From the NCBI GenBank assembly GCA_038245905.1, contig JBBRRY010000016.1:1-64000 (forward strand): DNA of 64,000 nt, read 5' to 3'. The position numbers and the translations under genes are program-made. The notes below the pieces were generated by a model, which saw only the letters and a list, made by a program, of their open reading frames with translations, did not search any database and was not told the origin of the DNA. Positions 20,679-30,843 of this stretch are shown here, piece after piece. Origin of the DNA: Thermoanaerobaculia bacterium. GTDB lineage: Bacteria > Acidobacteriota > Thermoanaerobaculia > UBA5066. The stretch's first letter is position 1, and each line of letters starts with the position of its first letter.

Positions 20679-22018
20679 GCGCCCGCGAGAGCCCCGCCCT
20701 CGTCTCCCCGATCGCCGCCGCCCGGGGCGTCGACAAGGTCTACGCCGACGAGGCAGGACGAAATCGCGTCATCCTCAAACACGTCGATTTCGAGGTGAGG
20801 GAGAACGAAGTCGTGGCCGTCCTCGGGCCGTCGGGCTGCGGGAAATCCACGCTGCTCCGCATCCTCATCGGCCTGATCCCGCCGAGCGCGGGAACCGTCG
20901 AGCAGCACGGCAAGCCGCTCGAGGGCATCCACCCCGGCGCCGCGGTCGTGTTCCAGAATTTCGCCCTCTTTCCGTGGCTCTCCGTCTCGGACAACGTGCG
21001 TGTGGGTCTGAACGACCGCCCGCTGCCCGCGGGAGACGCGGAGGCGCGCGTGAAGGCAGTGCTCGCTGCCGTCGGCCTCTCGGGACACGAGCGCGACTAT
21101 CCCAAGGAGCTGTCCGGCGGCATGAAGCAGCGCGTCGGGATCGCGCGGGCGCTCGTGGGGCGGCCCGAGCTCCTCTGCATGGACGAGCCGTTCTCGGCCC
21201 TCGACGTGCTGACGGCGGAACTGCTCCGCACCGAGGTGTACCGCCTCTTCACGGAACGGACGAGCGGGCTCTCTTCGGTTCTCCTCATCACGCATCTCAT
21301 CGAGGAAGCCGTCTTTCTCGGGGACCGCATCGTCGTCCTCGGCGCGAACCCCGGCACGGTGCGCCGGGAGATCGTGAACACGGTTCCGCATCCACGCGAG
21401 TACCGCAGTCCCGCCTTCCTTCAGATGGTTGAGCTGATTCACGACGTCGTCACCGGAGTTCATCTCCCCGACTCTCCTTCCGCCCCGGCGGCCACGGTCC
21501 CGGGGCGCCGCCTCGCGGGACCGGTCTCCCCGCTCCCGGCCGTGCGCATCGGCGAGATCCTCGGCCTCCTCGAGATCCTTGCAGATCAAGGGGGCACGAT
21601 GAATCTCTTCGACATCGACGCGCTGACGGACTACGACTTCGGCCGCACGATCGCCGTCGCGAAAGCGGCCGAGATGCTCGACTTCGTGGACACGCCGAAG
21701 AACGACGTCGTGCTGACGGAATCCGGCCGCCGGATGGTGAAAGCCTCGACCGCCGAGCGGCCCGCCCTCCTGCGCACCGAAGTACTCAAGCTCGGTGTCT
21801 TCTGCCTCGTCATCCGCGAGCTCGCGAAGGATCCCGACGTGCCGCTCGCGGGAGATGCCGTGCGCGACCTGCTCGCCGAGCACCTGCCGACGGTGGACGC
21901 GTCGGAGCTGTTCGGGACCCTGATCAACTGGGGCCGAGCCGGGCAGCTCTTCGACTTCGAATCGGCGTCCGACGCACTCGCGCTCTATTCGGGCCGCGAG
22001 GAAGAGGCCGGGGGCTGA
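20675..22018 (+). CDS. ABC transporter ATP-binding protein (NitT/TauT) with C-terminal AAA-associated domain
   Basis: GPSGCGKST, LSGGMKQR, MDEPFSALD, C-terminal LINWGR; ATGA overlap with the permease. Confidence 0.92.
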   Translation: MSARESPALVSPIAAARGVDKVYADEAGRNRVILKHVDFEVRENEVVAVLGPSGCGKSTLLRILIGLIPPSAGTVEQHGKPLEGIHPGAAVVFQNFALFPWLSVSDNVRVGLNDRPLPAGDAEARVKAVLAAVGLSGHERDYPKELSGGMKQRVGIARALVGRPELLCMDEPFSALDVLTAELLRTEVYRLFTERTSGLSSVLLITHLIEEAVFLGDRIVVLGANPGTVRREIVNTVPHPREYRSPAFLQMVELIHDVVTGVHLPDSPSAPAATVPGRRLAGPVSPLPAVRIGEILGLLEILADQGGTMNLFDIDALTDYDFGRTIAVAKAAEMLDFVDTPKNDVVLTESGRRMVKASTAERPALLRTEVLKLGVFCLVIRELAKDPDVPLAGDAVRDLLAEHLPTVDASELFGTLINWGRAGQLFDFESASDALALYSGREEEAGG

Positions 22019-22019
22019 A

Positions 22020-22895
22020 GTGGCTCTGCCGCTGCGCCTCGTGTCCCGGACCGCCGCGGCGCTCTCGGAGAGGCGCGCGCGCCTCGACGCCCTCCTCGCG
22101 CGCATCTCGGGTCCGCCGTCGGGCGAGACGCTTCACGATCTTCGCGTCGCGCTTCGACGAATCGCTGCCCTCGCGCGCTTGACCGGCGACGCGCCCCGGA
22201 AGGGCTCGGGCCGCGCGCTCCGGATCGCGGCGCGGGACCTTCGACGCGCCCTTTCGACGCGCCGGACGGAGGACGTCGCGCGCACTTTGCTCGTCGGCCG
22301 TTTCCGGAGGGATCCGCTACGGCGGCCGGTCGCCACGCGCCTCGTCGCGCGGCTCGCGAGAGAGGGCGATCCCGGACCCTCTCCCGCACACACACGCGCC
22401 CTTCTCTCCCGGCTGCGCCGCGCCCTTACGCGTCGAGAGACCTCTCTCGCGCATCTCCACGACCCACTCACCGGGACCGCCGACCCCGGCTCCGAGAAAT
22501 GCCTTGCGAAGGCCGTTCGGCGCCGCCTGCGCAGGGCCGCGAAACACCTTCAAGCCGTCGGAGCGCCCGGCCCCGCAAACCTCCACCCGGCGCGGATCCT
22601 CGCCCGGGACCTCCGCTACGGCCTCGAATTCACGGGCGCCGCGATGCCGGCCCCCACCGCCCTCGTTCCCCTTCTCATGGACTTTCAGGACACCGCCGGC
22701 GCCGCGCACGACCTCTCCGAGCTCATCGCCCTGGTCCGGCGCCTCGCGGGACGCTCGCGGACCGTGGACCGGCGTGCCGCCTTGCGCCTGCTGCCGCCGA
22801 TTCTCGCCGCCGAGGAGCGCGCGCTCGCGCGCGCCCAGGCGTCCTCGAAGCGGCTTCTCGCGAGCCTGAAGAACGTGGACTTCGAATGGCCTTGA
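22020..22895 (+). CDS. CHAD domain protein
   Basis: ETLHDLRVALRR, LHPARILARDLRYGLE, QDTAGAAHD; highly basic. Confidence 0.8.
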   Translation: MALPLRLVSRTAAALSERRARLDALLARISGPPSGETLHDLRVALRRIAALARLTGDAPRKGSGRALRIAARDLRRALSTRRTEDVARTLLVGRFRRDPLRRPVATRLVARLAREGDPGPSPAHTRALLSRLRRALTRRETSLAHLHDPLTGTADPGSEKCLAKAVRRRLRRAAKHLQAVGAPGPANLHPARILARDLRYGLEFTGAAMPAPTALVPLLMDFQDTAGAAHDLSELIALVRRLAGRSRTVDRRAALRLLPPILAAEERALARAQASSKRLLASLKNVDFEWP

Positions 22896-24715
22896 AGCGA
22901 GCCCTCTCTCGCCTCCTCGCCGTTTCGGCTTTCGCGTCCGTATGGCCGGCCTCGGGCGTCGATTCCGCGGACCTTCGGGCCGGTCGGCGCGTCGTCGTCG
23001 TCTCATTCGACGGCGCGAGCGGCCTCGAATTCGGACGGCGACTCACGGCCGGCTTCTTTTCTCCGAACGGCTTTGCGCGCGCGGCGAAAGAAGGCGAGGC
23101 CGCCTCGCGACTGGCCGTGGTCACCCCGTCCCTCACGTCGGTCTCGCACGTCGCGCTCGCGACCGGCGCGCCGCCCGGCAGGACCGGAATCGTCGGAAAC
23201 ACTTTTCATCCCGCGGGAGCCGCCCTCCTCGAGCGGCGCAGGGGCTTCGACGTCGATCCCGAGGTCGAAACACTTTGGGAGGCGGCCGCCCGACAGGGCA
23301 AGCGCGTGGCATCTCTCAGCTTCCCGGGCGCCTCTCAACGGACGGCTCGCACGCGCACGGCTCTGGCCCTGAACTACAACGAGGCGTTCCCGAAGGGCAT
23401 CTTCTGGAAGGGGCCTCTCGCCTCGACTCCTTTCGCCGCCGTCTCGAAGCTGCCGGCGGGAGTCGCCTCGTTCTCGCCAGCAAAGTCGTTCGACCTCGAC
23501 GGGCTTCCCTTTCTCATCCTCGACTCCACGGACGACGGCGTAACGAACTACGACACGCTCGCCGTCCTCTCGGCGGACGGAACCGCGCGCGCAGAGGCCC
23601 GTGTGGGCGGCTGGTTTCCCATCTCCGAGCGCCGGGACGACGGAGTCGATACGGGGGTCCTCTTCGGCCGCTGGTCGAAGCTCCTCGCGCTTGCCCCGGA
23701 TGTGTCCACGGTCTCGCTCTATCTCGGCGATCGCTATCGCACGGTGGCGAACCCCCCGGAGTTCCGGCGCGCGATCGAGGAGAGGGCCGGCTTCTGGCCG
23801 GGCCTGCCCGACATGGCCTTCCTCCGGCGGACCGATCCCGACATTCCGAGCTTTCTCGAGCAGGCGCGACGTCTCACGCGCTTCTTCGTGGACGCATTCG
23901 ACGTGGCCGACCGCCGGAGCGACTGGGACCTCCTGCTCGCCTACATCCCGATCCTCGACGAATGCGAGCACGACCTGCTCGTGACCGACCCCGCGCAGCC
24001 CTTCTATACGAAGGCGCTCGCGGCAAAGACGGCCGCCGCCCTCGACGAGGCCTGGCACGCGGCAGACGAGGCCGCGGCGCGCTACCTGAAGTTTCGGGAG
24101 AAGGGAGACGTCTTCTTCGTGTCCGACCATGGCATGCGCGCCATGACACGGTCGATCTACCCTGCCGCGATCCTCGCGCGCGCGGGCCTCCTCAAGCTCG
24201 CGCCCGGACCCCACGGCCGTCTCGAAACGGCGCCGGACTCGCCGCTCGACTTCATCGCCGCGAGCGGAGGCACGGGCTTCGTGGTCGTGAACCGCGCGGG
24301 CCTGCCCGGAGGCGTCGTGCCGGAGGGCGAAGCCGAAGCCATCGTCTCGAACGCCGCCGCGGTTCTCCGCGCCACGAAGGATGAAAAGGGAGCATCCGTC
24401 TTCGCCTTCGTGGCCGCGAGGATGGAGGCAGCGGCGCTCGGCCTCGGTCACCCGAACGCGGGCGACCTCGTGCTCATCGCGGCGGGCCCGCGTTATCTGC
24501 GCGGCGACCTTCCGGCGGGCGGAGACCTGGCGGCTCTCGGCCCGCCCGAGGTCCCCGGCCAGCACGGATTCGATGCCGATCCGGCTCTCGACGGCCTGTA
24601 CCTTCACGTGGGGGACGGCGTCGGATCCCGGCGCCTCGGTGTCGTGCGCGAGCTGGACGTGGCAGGCCTCGTCGCCGCCCGCCTCGGCATCGCGCCGCCG
24701 GGACAGCTGCCGTGA
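22886..24715 (+). CDS. Alkaline phosphatase superfamily / nucleotide pyrophosphatase-phosphodiesterase, secreted
   Basis: VVVSFDG, PSLTSVSH, LDECEH, VSDHGM, GQHGF; signal peptide. Confidence 0.85.
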   Translation: MALKRALSRLLAVSAFASVWPASGVDSADLRAGRRVVVVSFDGASGLEFGRRLTAGFFSPNGFARAAKEGEAASRLAVVTPSLTSVSHVALATGAPPGRTGIVGNTFHPAGAALLERRRGFDVDPEVETLWEAAARQGKRVASLSFPGASQRTARTRTALALNYNEAFPKGIFWKGPLASTPFAAVSKLPAGVASFSPAKSFDLDGLPFLILDSTDDGVTNYDTLAVLSADGTARAEARVGGWFPISERRDDGVDTGVLFGRWSKLLALAPDVSTVSLYLGDRYRTVANPPEFRRAIEERAGFWPGLPDMAFLRRTDPDIPSFLEQARRLTRFFVDAFDVADRRSDWDLLLAYIPILDECEHDLLVTDPAQPFYTKALAAKTAAALDEAWHAADEAAARYLKFREKGDVFFVSDHGMRAMTRSIYPAAILARAGLLKLAPGPHGRLETAPDSPLDFIAASGGTGFVVVNRAGLPGGVVPEGEAEAIVSNAAAVLRATKDEKGASVFAFVAARMEAAALGLGHPNAGDLVLIAAGPRYLRGDLPAGGDLAALGPPEVPGQHGFDADPALDGLYLHVGDGVGSRRLGVVRELDVAGLVAARLGIAPPGQLP

Positions 24716-25365
24716 TCGCGCCCGCCGTACCTGTCATCCCCGTCGCGTGGGTTGCATCGTCCGCAGACGTTGCGATTCAACCTCCGTGGACGCTCTCCGG
24801 ACTGGACGGCGCGCCCGCAAGGTTCGTCGAGACCCGTGTGCGCTTAGCCGCCACGGCGGAGCAGTTCGTCGTCCTCTTCGAGTCCACAGCCGAACCGCCG
24901 CTTACCGTCGAGCGCCGGCGCGGCGAGGACGTCTTCGATGACGAATGCGTCGAGCTCTTCCTTTGCCCGCCCGAGGAGCCATACCAGTACCAGGAAGTCG
25001 TCGTCAATCCGGCCGGCGCCGTCTACGCGGCACGCGTCGTGAACCCGCACGACAGCCGCCGAACGTGGAACGTCGTCAGGGGAGAGCCCCCGGCCGGAGT
25101 CTTCATCGACGCGCAGGGAGATCCGGCGGCGGGTCCGGCGACGGCGTGGATGCGATGGAGCTGTCGTCTCGCCATTCCGTGGTCGTCCCTTCCTCCCGGT
25201 CTCCCGCCGGCGCCCGGCGAAGAGAGGCGTGGAAACGTCACACGGATCGCGCGCGGGCGTTCGACGGAATTCCTCGTGCTCTCGCCGACGTTTCGCGCGA
25301 ATCCGCCGGACTTTCACGTGCCGAGCCGTTTCGCGCGGTTCGTCTTCGGCACGCGACCGGCCTGA
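24712..25365 (+). CDS. CBM9-like / DOMON-fold domain protein
   Basis: DVFDDECVELFL, EVVVNPAG, LAIPWSSL, DFHVPSRF. Confidence 0.7.
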   Translation: MIAPAVPVIPVAWVASSADVAIQPPWTLSGLDGAPARFVETRVRLAATAEQFVVLFESTAEPPLTVERRRGEDVFDDECVELFLCPPEEPYQYQEVVVNPAGAVYAARVVNPHDSRRTWNVVRGEPPAGVFIDAQGDPAAGPATAWMRWSCRLAIPWSSLPPGLPPAPGEERRGNVTRIARGRSTEFLVLSPTFRANPPDFHVPSRFARFVFGTRPA

Positions 25366-25370
25366 TCGCT

Positions 25371-25793
25371 TCAGGCGTCAGTTGCGGGCGTTTCGTCCAG
25401 GGAAATCCCCTGCGCGGTGAGCCAGACGCGAAGCTCCTCCCGAACCCGCCGGGCCCGGAACACGAACCAGGCCTCTTCGTCGTTCGGGAACGCGAGGAGC
25501 ACGTCGCGGAAGGCCCCCGGGCCACCGGACTCGAGGGCGAGGAGCGCCTTCTCACGCGCGGCCGCGCTCTCCATCTTCGGCGCGAAGGCGCGGCAGCGCG
25601 TCGTGTCGACCTCCGCGGTGGACTTCGGGATCCTGAGAAATCGACCCGAGCGCTCGTGAAGAAGCGCTTCGCGCAGCTCCGGCGAGCCATTCAGGTGCGC
25701 GTGCACCTCGCCCGATGCGCGATCGAGGAAGTGATTCATGAGCATCGAACGCGCCGCGAACGCGACGGTGAGCCCTTCCCAGTCGAGTTCCAT
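25371..25793 (-). CDS. UPF0158 family protein
   Basis: FLDRASGEV, RFLRIP, GAFRDVL, WFVFR..ELRVWL. Confidence 0.7.
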   Translation of the reverse strand: MELDWEGLTVAFAARSMLMNHFLDRASGEVHAHLNGSPELREALLHERSGRFLRIPKSTAEVDTTRCRAFAPKMESAAAREKALLALESGGPGAFRDVLLAFPNDEEAWFVFRARRVREELRVWLTAQGISLDETPATDA

Positions 25794-25818
25794 GAGACAA
25801 GTATGGTATCCCCGCCGT

Positions 25819-26943
25819 GTGCAGACCGCGCCCCGAAGCGACGTGACGCGCCGCCTCGCGCGCTGGTATCGCGCACACAAGCGCGATCTACCATGGCGCC
25901 GGACGCGTGACCCGTACGCGATCTGGCTCTCTGAAGTGATGGCGCAGCAGACGACTCTCGAGGTCGTGGTGCCGCGCTGGAAACGCTTTCGCCGCCGCTT
26001 CCCGAAAGTCGACGCCCTCGCGCGGGCTCCTGAGCGGGCGGTGCTCGCCGAGTGGAGCGGCCTCGGGTATTACGAGCGCGCCCGAAACCTCCAGCGCGCG
26101 GCAAAGGCCGTCGTGGAGGCAGGATCCTTTCCGCGCACGCTCGAGGGCTGGCGCGCACTGCCGGGCGTCGGCGCTTACACGGCGGCCGCGCTCTCGTCGA
26201 TCTGCTTCGGCGTCCCCGAGCCGGTCGTGGACGGCAACGTCGTGCGCGTCCTCTGCCGCCTCCACGGCCTCCGGCTCGACCCGAAGGCGCCCGCGACGCT
26301 CGCGAAGGTGCGGTCGCTCGCGCGGCCGCTCGTACCCGCGCGGAATCCAGGCGCCCACAACCAGGCCCTCATGGAGCTAGGCGCACTCGTGTGCACTCCA
26401 CGGACCCCACTCTGCGGCGAGTGCCCGCTTCGCCCGCTCTGCCGAGCCGCGGCGCTCGGGACGCCGGAGGCGTTCCCGCGCGCCGGGAAGCGTCCACCCA
26501 AGAAGGCGATCCATCTCGCCGCGGGCCTCGTCCGTAGAGACGGGAGATTTCTTCTCGTTGAAGACCGGGAGATGGTCGACGGCCAGCTCGTGCCCCCGAT
26601 GTTTCCGGTTCGCGCTGGGAAACCGTCTGCGAATTCTCTTAGAAGGGGGTGGAAGCGGCTCACGGGTCGCGAGCCTGGCGCGCTCGAGACCGTGGCGACG
26701 ATTCGCCATTCGGTGCTCGAAAGGCGCTATCTCGTTTCCCTCTTCACCTTCAAAGAAAATCCCACGTCGCCTTCGCGCTGCCTGCCACTCGACGCAGGTC
26801 GATTCCGTCTCTTCTCTCCGAGCCAGATCTCCCGCCACGCCCACGGCGGCCTCCTGCTCAAGGTGCTCGCGGCGTGGCGGGAGCACCGTGCCAGGGTCAG
26901 ACGGGGGCCGGACCGGGGCCCTCCCGGGGCACGCAGACACTGA
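25819..26943 (+). CDS. mutY: A/G-specific adenine glycosylase MutY
   Basis: RDLPWR, WLSEVMAQQT, WSGLGYY, LPGVGAYTA, VDGNVVRV, CTPRTPLCGECPLRPLC; start approximate. Confidence 0.93.
   Translation: MQTAPRSDVTRRLARWYRAHKRDLPWRRTRDPYAIWLSEVMAQQTTLEVVVPRWKRFRRRFPKVDALARAPERAVLAEWSGLGYYERARNLQRAAKAVVEAGSFPRTLEGWRALPGVGAYTAAALSSICFGVPEPVVDGNVVRVLCRLHGLRLDPKAPATLAKVRSLARPLVPARNPGAHNQALMELGALVCTPRTPLCGECPLRPLCRAAALGTPEAFPRAGKRPPKKAIHLAAGLVRRDGRFLLVEDREMVDGQLVPPMFPVRAGKPSANSLRRGWKRLTGREPGALETVATIRHSVLERRYLVSLFTFKENPTSPSRCLPLDAGRFRLFSPSQISRHAHGGLLLKVLAAWREHRARVRRGPDRGPPGARRH
26631..26763. repeat. Intragenic inverted-repeat pair C in mutY
   Basis: Left GAATTCTCTTAGAAGG 26631-26646; right CACCTTCAAAGAAAATCCC 26745-26763. 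Confidence 0.7.
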
Positions 26944-27550
26944 TCCGCCACGGGTCGCCACGCCCGATCTCGATACCGCACTTCTCGTCGTACGCATGGG
27001 AGAGGCGACGGCGGAGGGCTCGATGGCGCGAGGGCTTCCATAGAGAGAACACGAAGACGCCGTGCCGGGAAAGTAGGGGCGCAAAGCGGCGGAGCGTCAC
27101 GAGCGGGTTGTCGAGGTAATAGAGGACCTCGCTGAAGACCGCCGCATCGACAGATCCGGGCAACAAGAAGGAAGGCGGCCCCGCTTCCACGTCGAGGGCG
27201 TGGAATGACTCCCCCGGCGCGCAGTCCTCGCCGGCGCGCCGGATCGCCTCGTTGGAAATGTCGAGCCCCAAGTAGCCACCTCTCGCGTCGCCCCGCGTCT
27301 GGCAGGCGAGCGCGCCATGGCCGCATCCGACATCCAGCACGAATGGCCGCACCGGGGCGAATTGGAAAACAAGCGATGCGATCCAGGCGTGGCGCTCGGT
27401 CTCGGCGACGAGTCCGTCCCATACTCCCGCGCGGTACTGTAGATCCCACGTCGCCGCAGGCCTCGGCTTGCCGCGGCCCAGCAAGCGCCGCCGGAGGGAC
27501 CGACGGAGCGACGCCAGCCCCAAGGTCGGGAGGCTGAAACCCACTTTCAC
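26897..27550 (-). CDS. Class I SAM-dependent methyltransferase
   Basis: VLDVGCGHG, GLDISNEAI, FSEVLYYL; start uncertain; 3' end overlaps mutY. Confidence 0.72.
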   Translation of the reverse strand: MKVGFSLPTLGLASLRRSLRRRLLGRGKPRPAATWDLQYRAGVWDGLVAETERHAWIASLVFQFAPVRPFVLDVGCGHGALACQTRGDARGGYLGLDISNEAIRRAGEDCAPGESFHALDVEAGPPSFLLPGSVDAAVFSEVLYYLDNPLVTLRRFAPLLSRHGVFVFSLWKPSRHRALRRRLSHAYDEKCGIEIGRGDPWRISVCVPREGPGPAPV

Positions 27551-27608
27551 AAGAGCCGCATCAGCATATCGCGTGTCGAGGGGAGCTCTTTCGCTATCCT
27601 GAGCGCCG

Positions 27609-29435
27609 ATGGCGCGCCCGGTTCCGATGAGCCCCGAGACGCTGGCGCCGGGCGACGGCGACGGTGGCCGCCTCGTTCCAGCCGGCATCGTCCTCGCGCT
27701 CGCCCTCCCGTTCGTCGTCTTCTCGCCGGCCTCCAGCGACGCGCTTCGCGAGTCGAAGATCCTCGTTCAGGCCCTCGGCGCGTCGCTCGCCCTCCTCGGC
27801 CTCGCACGCGCCACGCGCCTTCCCGCGCCCGGCCGTGGCCTGGCCGCTCGCGTCGTCCTCTTCGGCCTGGGCGCGACTCTCACTCTCGCGCTTCTGTCGG
27901 CCATCGCGAACGCAAACGTGGTGGATCCGCTCACGGCAGCCGCCGTACTCTCTCCGCTCGCGCTCCTCTTCCTCGGAGCGTCGGCGGCCGGGGCCGAGGT
28001 CGCGCCTGCCGCCCTCACGACGCTGATGACGGCCGGAGCGATGACGGGCGCGCTCGCCGCCCTTCAGCGGTGGGCGGGACTCTTCCGGATGCCGCTCGAC
28101 GTTCCCGAGCCCCGATTCCTGGCGGCGGGCCTGATCGGAAACGCCGGGGATGTCGGAATGGCGCTCGTCTTGCCCGCTCTCCTTCTCTTTGCGTCGGGCG
28201 CGACGTCCGGGACGACCCGAACCCGGGCTCTCTCCGTTCTCGGCCTCCTCTTCGCCCTTCTCGGTCTCCTCGCGACCGAGGCCGTCGGGCCGACTCTCGT
28301 CTTCGGCGCAGGCGCCATTTTCTATGTCGTGCTCGACTTTCCGAGGCGACGATTCGCGCTCCTCGTGCTCCTGGCGGCGGCATTGCTCGCGGGGGCGACC
28401 GGCGCCGGACGGCGCGCCCTCGTGAAGCTCAAGCAACTGCGCACCGGTGAAGTCGCCACGGCGACCACCCAGCGCGACATCGGCCTCTTCGCGGCCCTGG
28501 AGATGGTTCGCGCGCAACCGATTCTCGGCGCGGGACCGGGGGCGTTCTCGAACCGCTTCGTGCCCGCGCGCCTCGCAGCCGAGGAGCGGACCGGCCGGCG
28601 TCTCGTGCATCGGAGCGGCTCGGCTCACTTCGACAATGCCCACAGCGAGCCCGTCACATTCGCCGCCGAAGTTGGCGTGCCCGCCGCATGTGCGGCGTGC
28701 GTGGCTGTTCTTGCGCTCTTTTCGGGTCTCTTCTCCCGCCGGGAGGAAGCACCGGCCTCTTATCCTCCGGCAGACGCGCTTCTCGCGTCGCTTCTCGGCG
28801 TCGCGTTCCTCGCCCTCGGCGACTTTCCGTTGCGGATCGCGGTTGCCTCCGGGCCCGCCGCGTTCCTGGCGGGTCTCGCGTTTCGGCGCATCGCTTCCGG
28901 ACGGGAAGCGCCTTCCAACCGCTTGACTCGCTCAGTTGTTGGGGCATGGGCGCTGCTTCTCGTCGCCCTCGCGGGCGTGCGTTCATTCACCACCTTCGAG
29001 CAGGCCGCGGGCGAGAGCTTCCTCCGCAACGCTGCCTCGGCGCCCGAGGAGGCCGGGCCGGAACGCGCCGAGCTCCTCTCCGCAGCCGACTCGCGGCTGG
29101 GGCTCGTCGTGGCGCTTCGTCCCCGGGCCGCGACGGCCCTCCTCGCGTCGGGCTCGGTGCAGTCTCTCAAGGGCGAGCGCGAACGGGCCTACGCCCTCTA
29201 TGCGCGATCCGCGGGTCTCGAGGAACGTGCCGAGGGCGACCTCAATCTCGGCAGGGCGGCCGCGGCTCTCGGGCGTCTGGAAGAAGCGCGGACCCTCTTT
29301 GCACGAACGGTGTGGATCCAGCCCCGGCTCCTCGATGCGCTACCGCCTGAAGAGCGGGAACGCGCCGCCGCCGCCGTCAAGAAGGCCGAGGAAGGTCTGG
29401 GGCACGGGGGAAAGATCCCTCCTCTGCCGCGATGA
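27609..29435 (+). CDS. O-antigen ligase (Wzy_C) family membrane protein with C-terminal TPR
   Basis: Many TM segments, GLIGNAG, PILGAGPGAF, NAHSEP. Confidence 0.8.
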   Translation: MARPVPMSPETLAPGDGDGGRLVPAGIVLALALPFVVFSPASSDALRESKILVQALGASLALLGLARATRLPAPGRGLAARVVLFGLGATLTLALLSAIANANVVDPLTAAAVLSPLALLFLGASAAGAEVAPAALTTLMTAGAMTGALAALQRWAGLFRMPLDVPEPRFLAAGLIGNAGDVGMALVLPALLLFASGATSGTTRTRALSVLGLLFALLGLLATEAVGPTLVFGAGAIFYVVLDFPRRRFALLVLLAAALLAGATGAGRRALVKLKQLRTGEVATATTQRDIGLFAALEMVRAQPILGAGPGAFSNRFVPARLAAEERTGRRLVHRSGSAHFDNAHSEPVTFAAEVGVPAACAACVAVLALFSGLFSRREEAPASYPPADALLASLLGVAFLALGDFPLRIAVASGPAAFLAGLAFRRIASGREAPSNRLTRSVVGAWALLLVALAGVRSFTTFEQAAGESFLRNAASAPEEAGPERAELLSAADSRLGLVVALRPRAATALLASGSVQSLKGERERAYALYARSAGLEERAEGDLNLGRAAAALGRLEEARTLFARTVWIQPRLLDALPPEERERAAAAVKKAEEGLGHGGKIPPLPR

Positions 29436-29461
29436 GCGAGCCTCGAGACCCGGTCGAATCT

Positions 29462-29854
29462 CTATTCCGTCGTCTTGCCGTCGAAGTGCTCGTTGTCCGC
29501 TTCCGCGTCCTTGCGGGTGTGGTGGACGACGCCGTCTCGATGGTTCGGCGGCGCATAGAGCGTATAGAGCTTCAATGGGACATTGCCGGTGTTGACGATG
29601 TTGTGATTGCTTCCCGCCGGCACAAGCACCGAAAACCCCGCGCTGATCGGGGTATGAACCCCATCGAGAACCGCCTCACCCGTTCCCTCCTCCACGCGAA
29701 AGAACTGGTCGAGCTTGTGGACTTCCATCCCGATCTCTTCCTTGGACTTCAGAGCCATGATGACGAGCTGGCAGCTCTTCGCCGTGTAAAGCACCCGGCG
29801 AAACTCCTCATTCTTGACGGCGATGCTCTCGATGTTCTGGACGAAGCCTTTCAT
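29462..29854 (-). CDS. Cupin domain protein
   Basis: FRRVLYT, EIGMEVH..DQFFRVEEG, VPAGSNHNIVNTG, LYTLYAPPNH; GGAG RBS. Confidence 0.92.
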   Translation of the reverse strand: MKGFVQNIESIAVKNEEFRRVLYTAKSCQLVIMALKSKEEIGMEVHKLDQFFRVEEGTGEAVLDGVHTPISAGFSVLVPAGSNHNIVNTGNVPLKLYTLYAPPNHRDGVVHHTRKDAEADNEHFDGKTTE

Positions 29855-30354
29855 GACGAAAACTCCCTCGTTCGATGATGGCCCTCTAGCTGATCGTGGA
29901 CGTCGAACGTAGAGATCGGGATGTACGCAAATCCAGAGACCCGACGGTGATCGTTCTCGTCTGCACATGCGAGGGACGAAGTCTCGGCGCGACGTAATAC
30001 GCCCGTCCCTTCCTGAAGCATGACCTTGGAGGGCCGAAAGACGTAATGCTGGACGAGGGCCACTCCGCCTACGCCGAGCGACAGGAGGAGGGCTAATCCG
30101 ACGGCGCCCAGCAGCAGCAGCCGCACGAACCCTGCGAGAGAAAGAGTAAGAAGTTCCTCCTCCAGCTCCGGCCGCCCGAGGGCAGGCTGCGTGGACCCGG
30201 GGGATGGCAGGCTCCACGCACTTGCGGCTGGAAGGGGACCGCCGCAATGCCGGCCCAGATCGTGAAAGGGGCTCATGGGATCTCCCGCGCGCTCACTCCA
30301 TCAAACGTTCTCGCCATGACGGGGTCAGCGCAAGAGTCGGGCCACGATTCCGGA

Positions 30355-30370
30355 TGGCACGTGTCGTGCT
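30355..30370 (+). promoter_or_regulatory. Sigma-54 promoter (-24/-12)
   Basis: TGGCACGTGTCGTGCT: GG-N10-GC, upstream of the small ORF at 30398. Confidence 0.7.
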
Positions 30371-30397
30371 CCCCAGCACCATGGAAAGGGGACATCC

Positions 30398-30478
30398 ATG
30401 GAAACCATCCTGATCATCCTCGTCGTGGTTCTTCTGCTCGGAGGCGGCGGCTTCTACTGGCGCGGCAGACGAGGGTAG
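30398..30478 (+). CDS. 26-aa membrane peptide (DUF3309-like)
   Basis: METILIILVVVLLLGGGGFYWRGRRG; AAGGGGA RBS; below the ORF-track cutoff. Confidence 0.8.
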   Translation: METILIILVVVLLLGGGGFYWRGRRG

Positions 30479-30536
30479 CCGCGTGCAAGGCGGACGGACA
30501 AGTGCCGCCCGCCTTTCGCAGGCACGCTTTGCAGGA

Positions 30537-30569
30537 GAAGAAGGGGCGCCTTACAGCCGCCCCTTCTTC
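30537..30569. terminator. Stem-loop, probable terminator
   Basis: GAAGAAGGGGCG / CGCCCCTTCTTC 12-bp inverted repeat downstream of the peptide gene. Confidence 0.55.
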
Positions 30570-30715
30570 CCCCCGTCGAACGACCGGCGCGGACTCGCCG
30601 ATGTCGGCCTGGGCTCTCTTCACCTACGCCGCGCGGCGCTCTGTTGCGAGGAACGTTGCGTTCCCCTTGCAAAAACGCATCCGGGCATAGGGCCGTCCGA
30701 AAGAAGGAGGTCTCC

Positions 30716-30812
30716 GTGACGAGAGCCTCCAATCTGGAAAGGCCGTCTCACGTTCGGGCTCGTGGGAATTCCTGTTGAGCTCGTTTCGGCGGTGAACGCG
30801 AAGGATCGCGGC
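30716..30812 (+). pseudogene. ku: Ku (NHEJ) N-terminal remnant, frameshifted and truncated
   Basis: AAGGAGG RBS + GTG 30716; from 30729 in the +1 frame PIWKGRLTFGLVGIPVELVSAVNAKD, the typical Ku N-terminus; similarity then stops. Confidence 0.8.
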
Positions 30813-30843
30813 AGGAGCCCGGAGAGGCTCTGCTCGCTAATCA

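Noticed and set aside
19664-22018. Long N-terminal extensions in the ORF track (ABC ATPase, uvrA, FHA-RDD, kinase, GT4, phosphodiesterase)
   Set aside because: The extensions overlap upstream genes in another frame; true starts coincide with stop-start overlaps.
29432-29878. 148-aa ORF starting with an ATGA overlap at the O-antigen ligase stop
   Set aside because: It is antisense to a clearly conserved cupin with its own RBS; most likely a shadow frame.
29990-30200. Hydrophobic reading frame on the minus strand (LAGFVRLLLLGAVGLALLLSLG), possibly a gene remnant
   Set aside because: No clear start, RBS or family similarity; cannot be supported.
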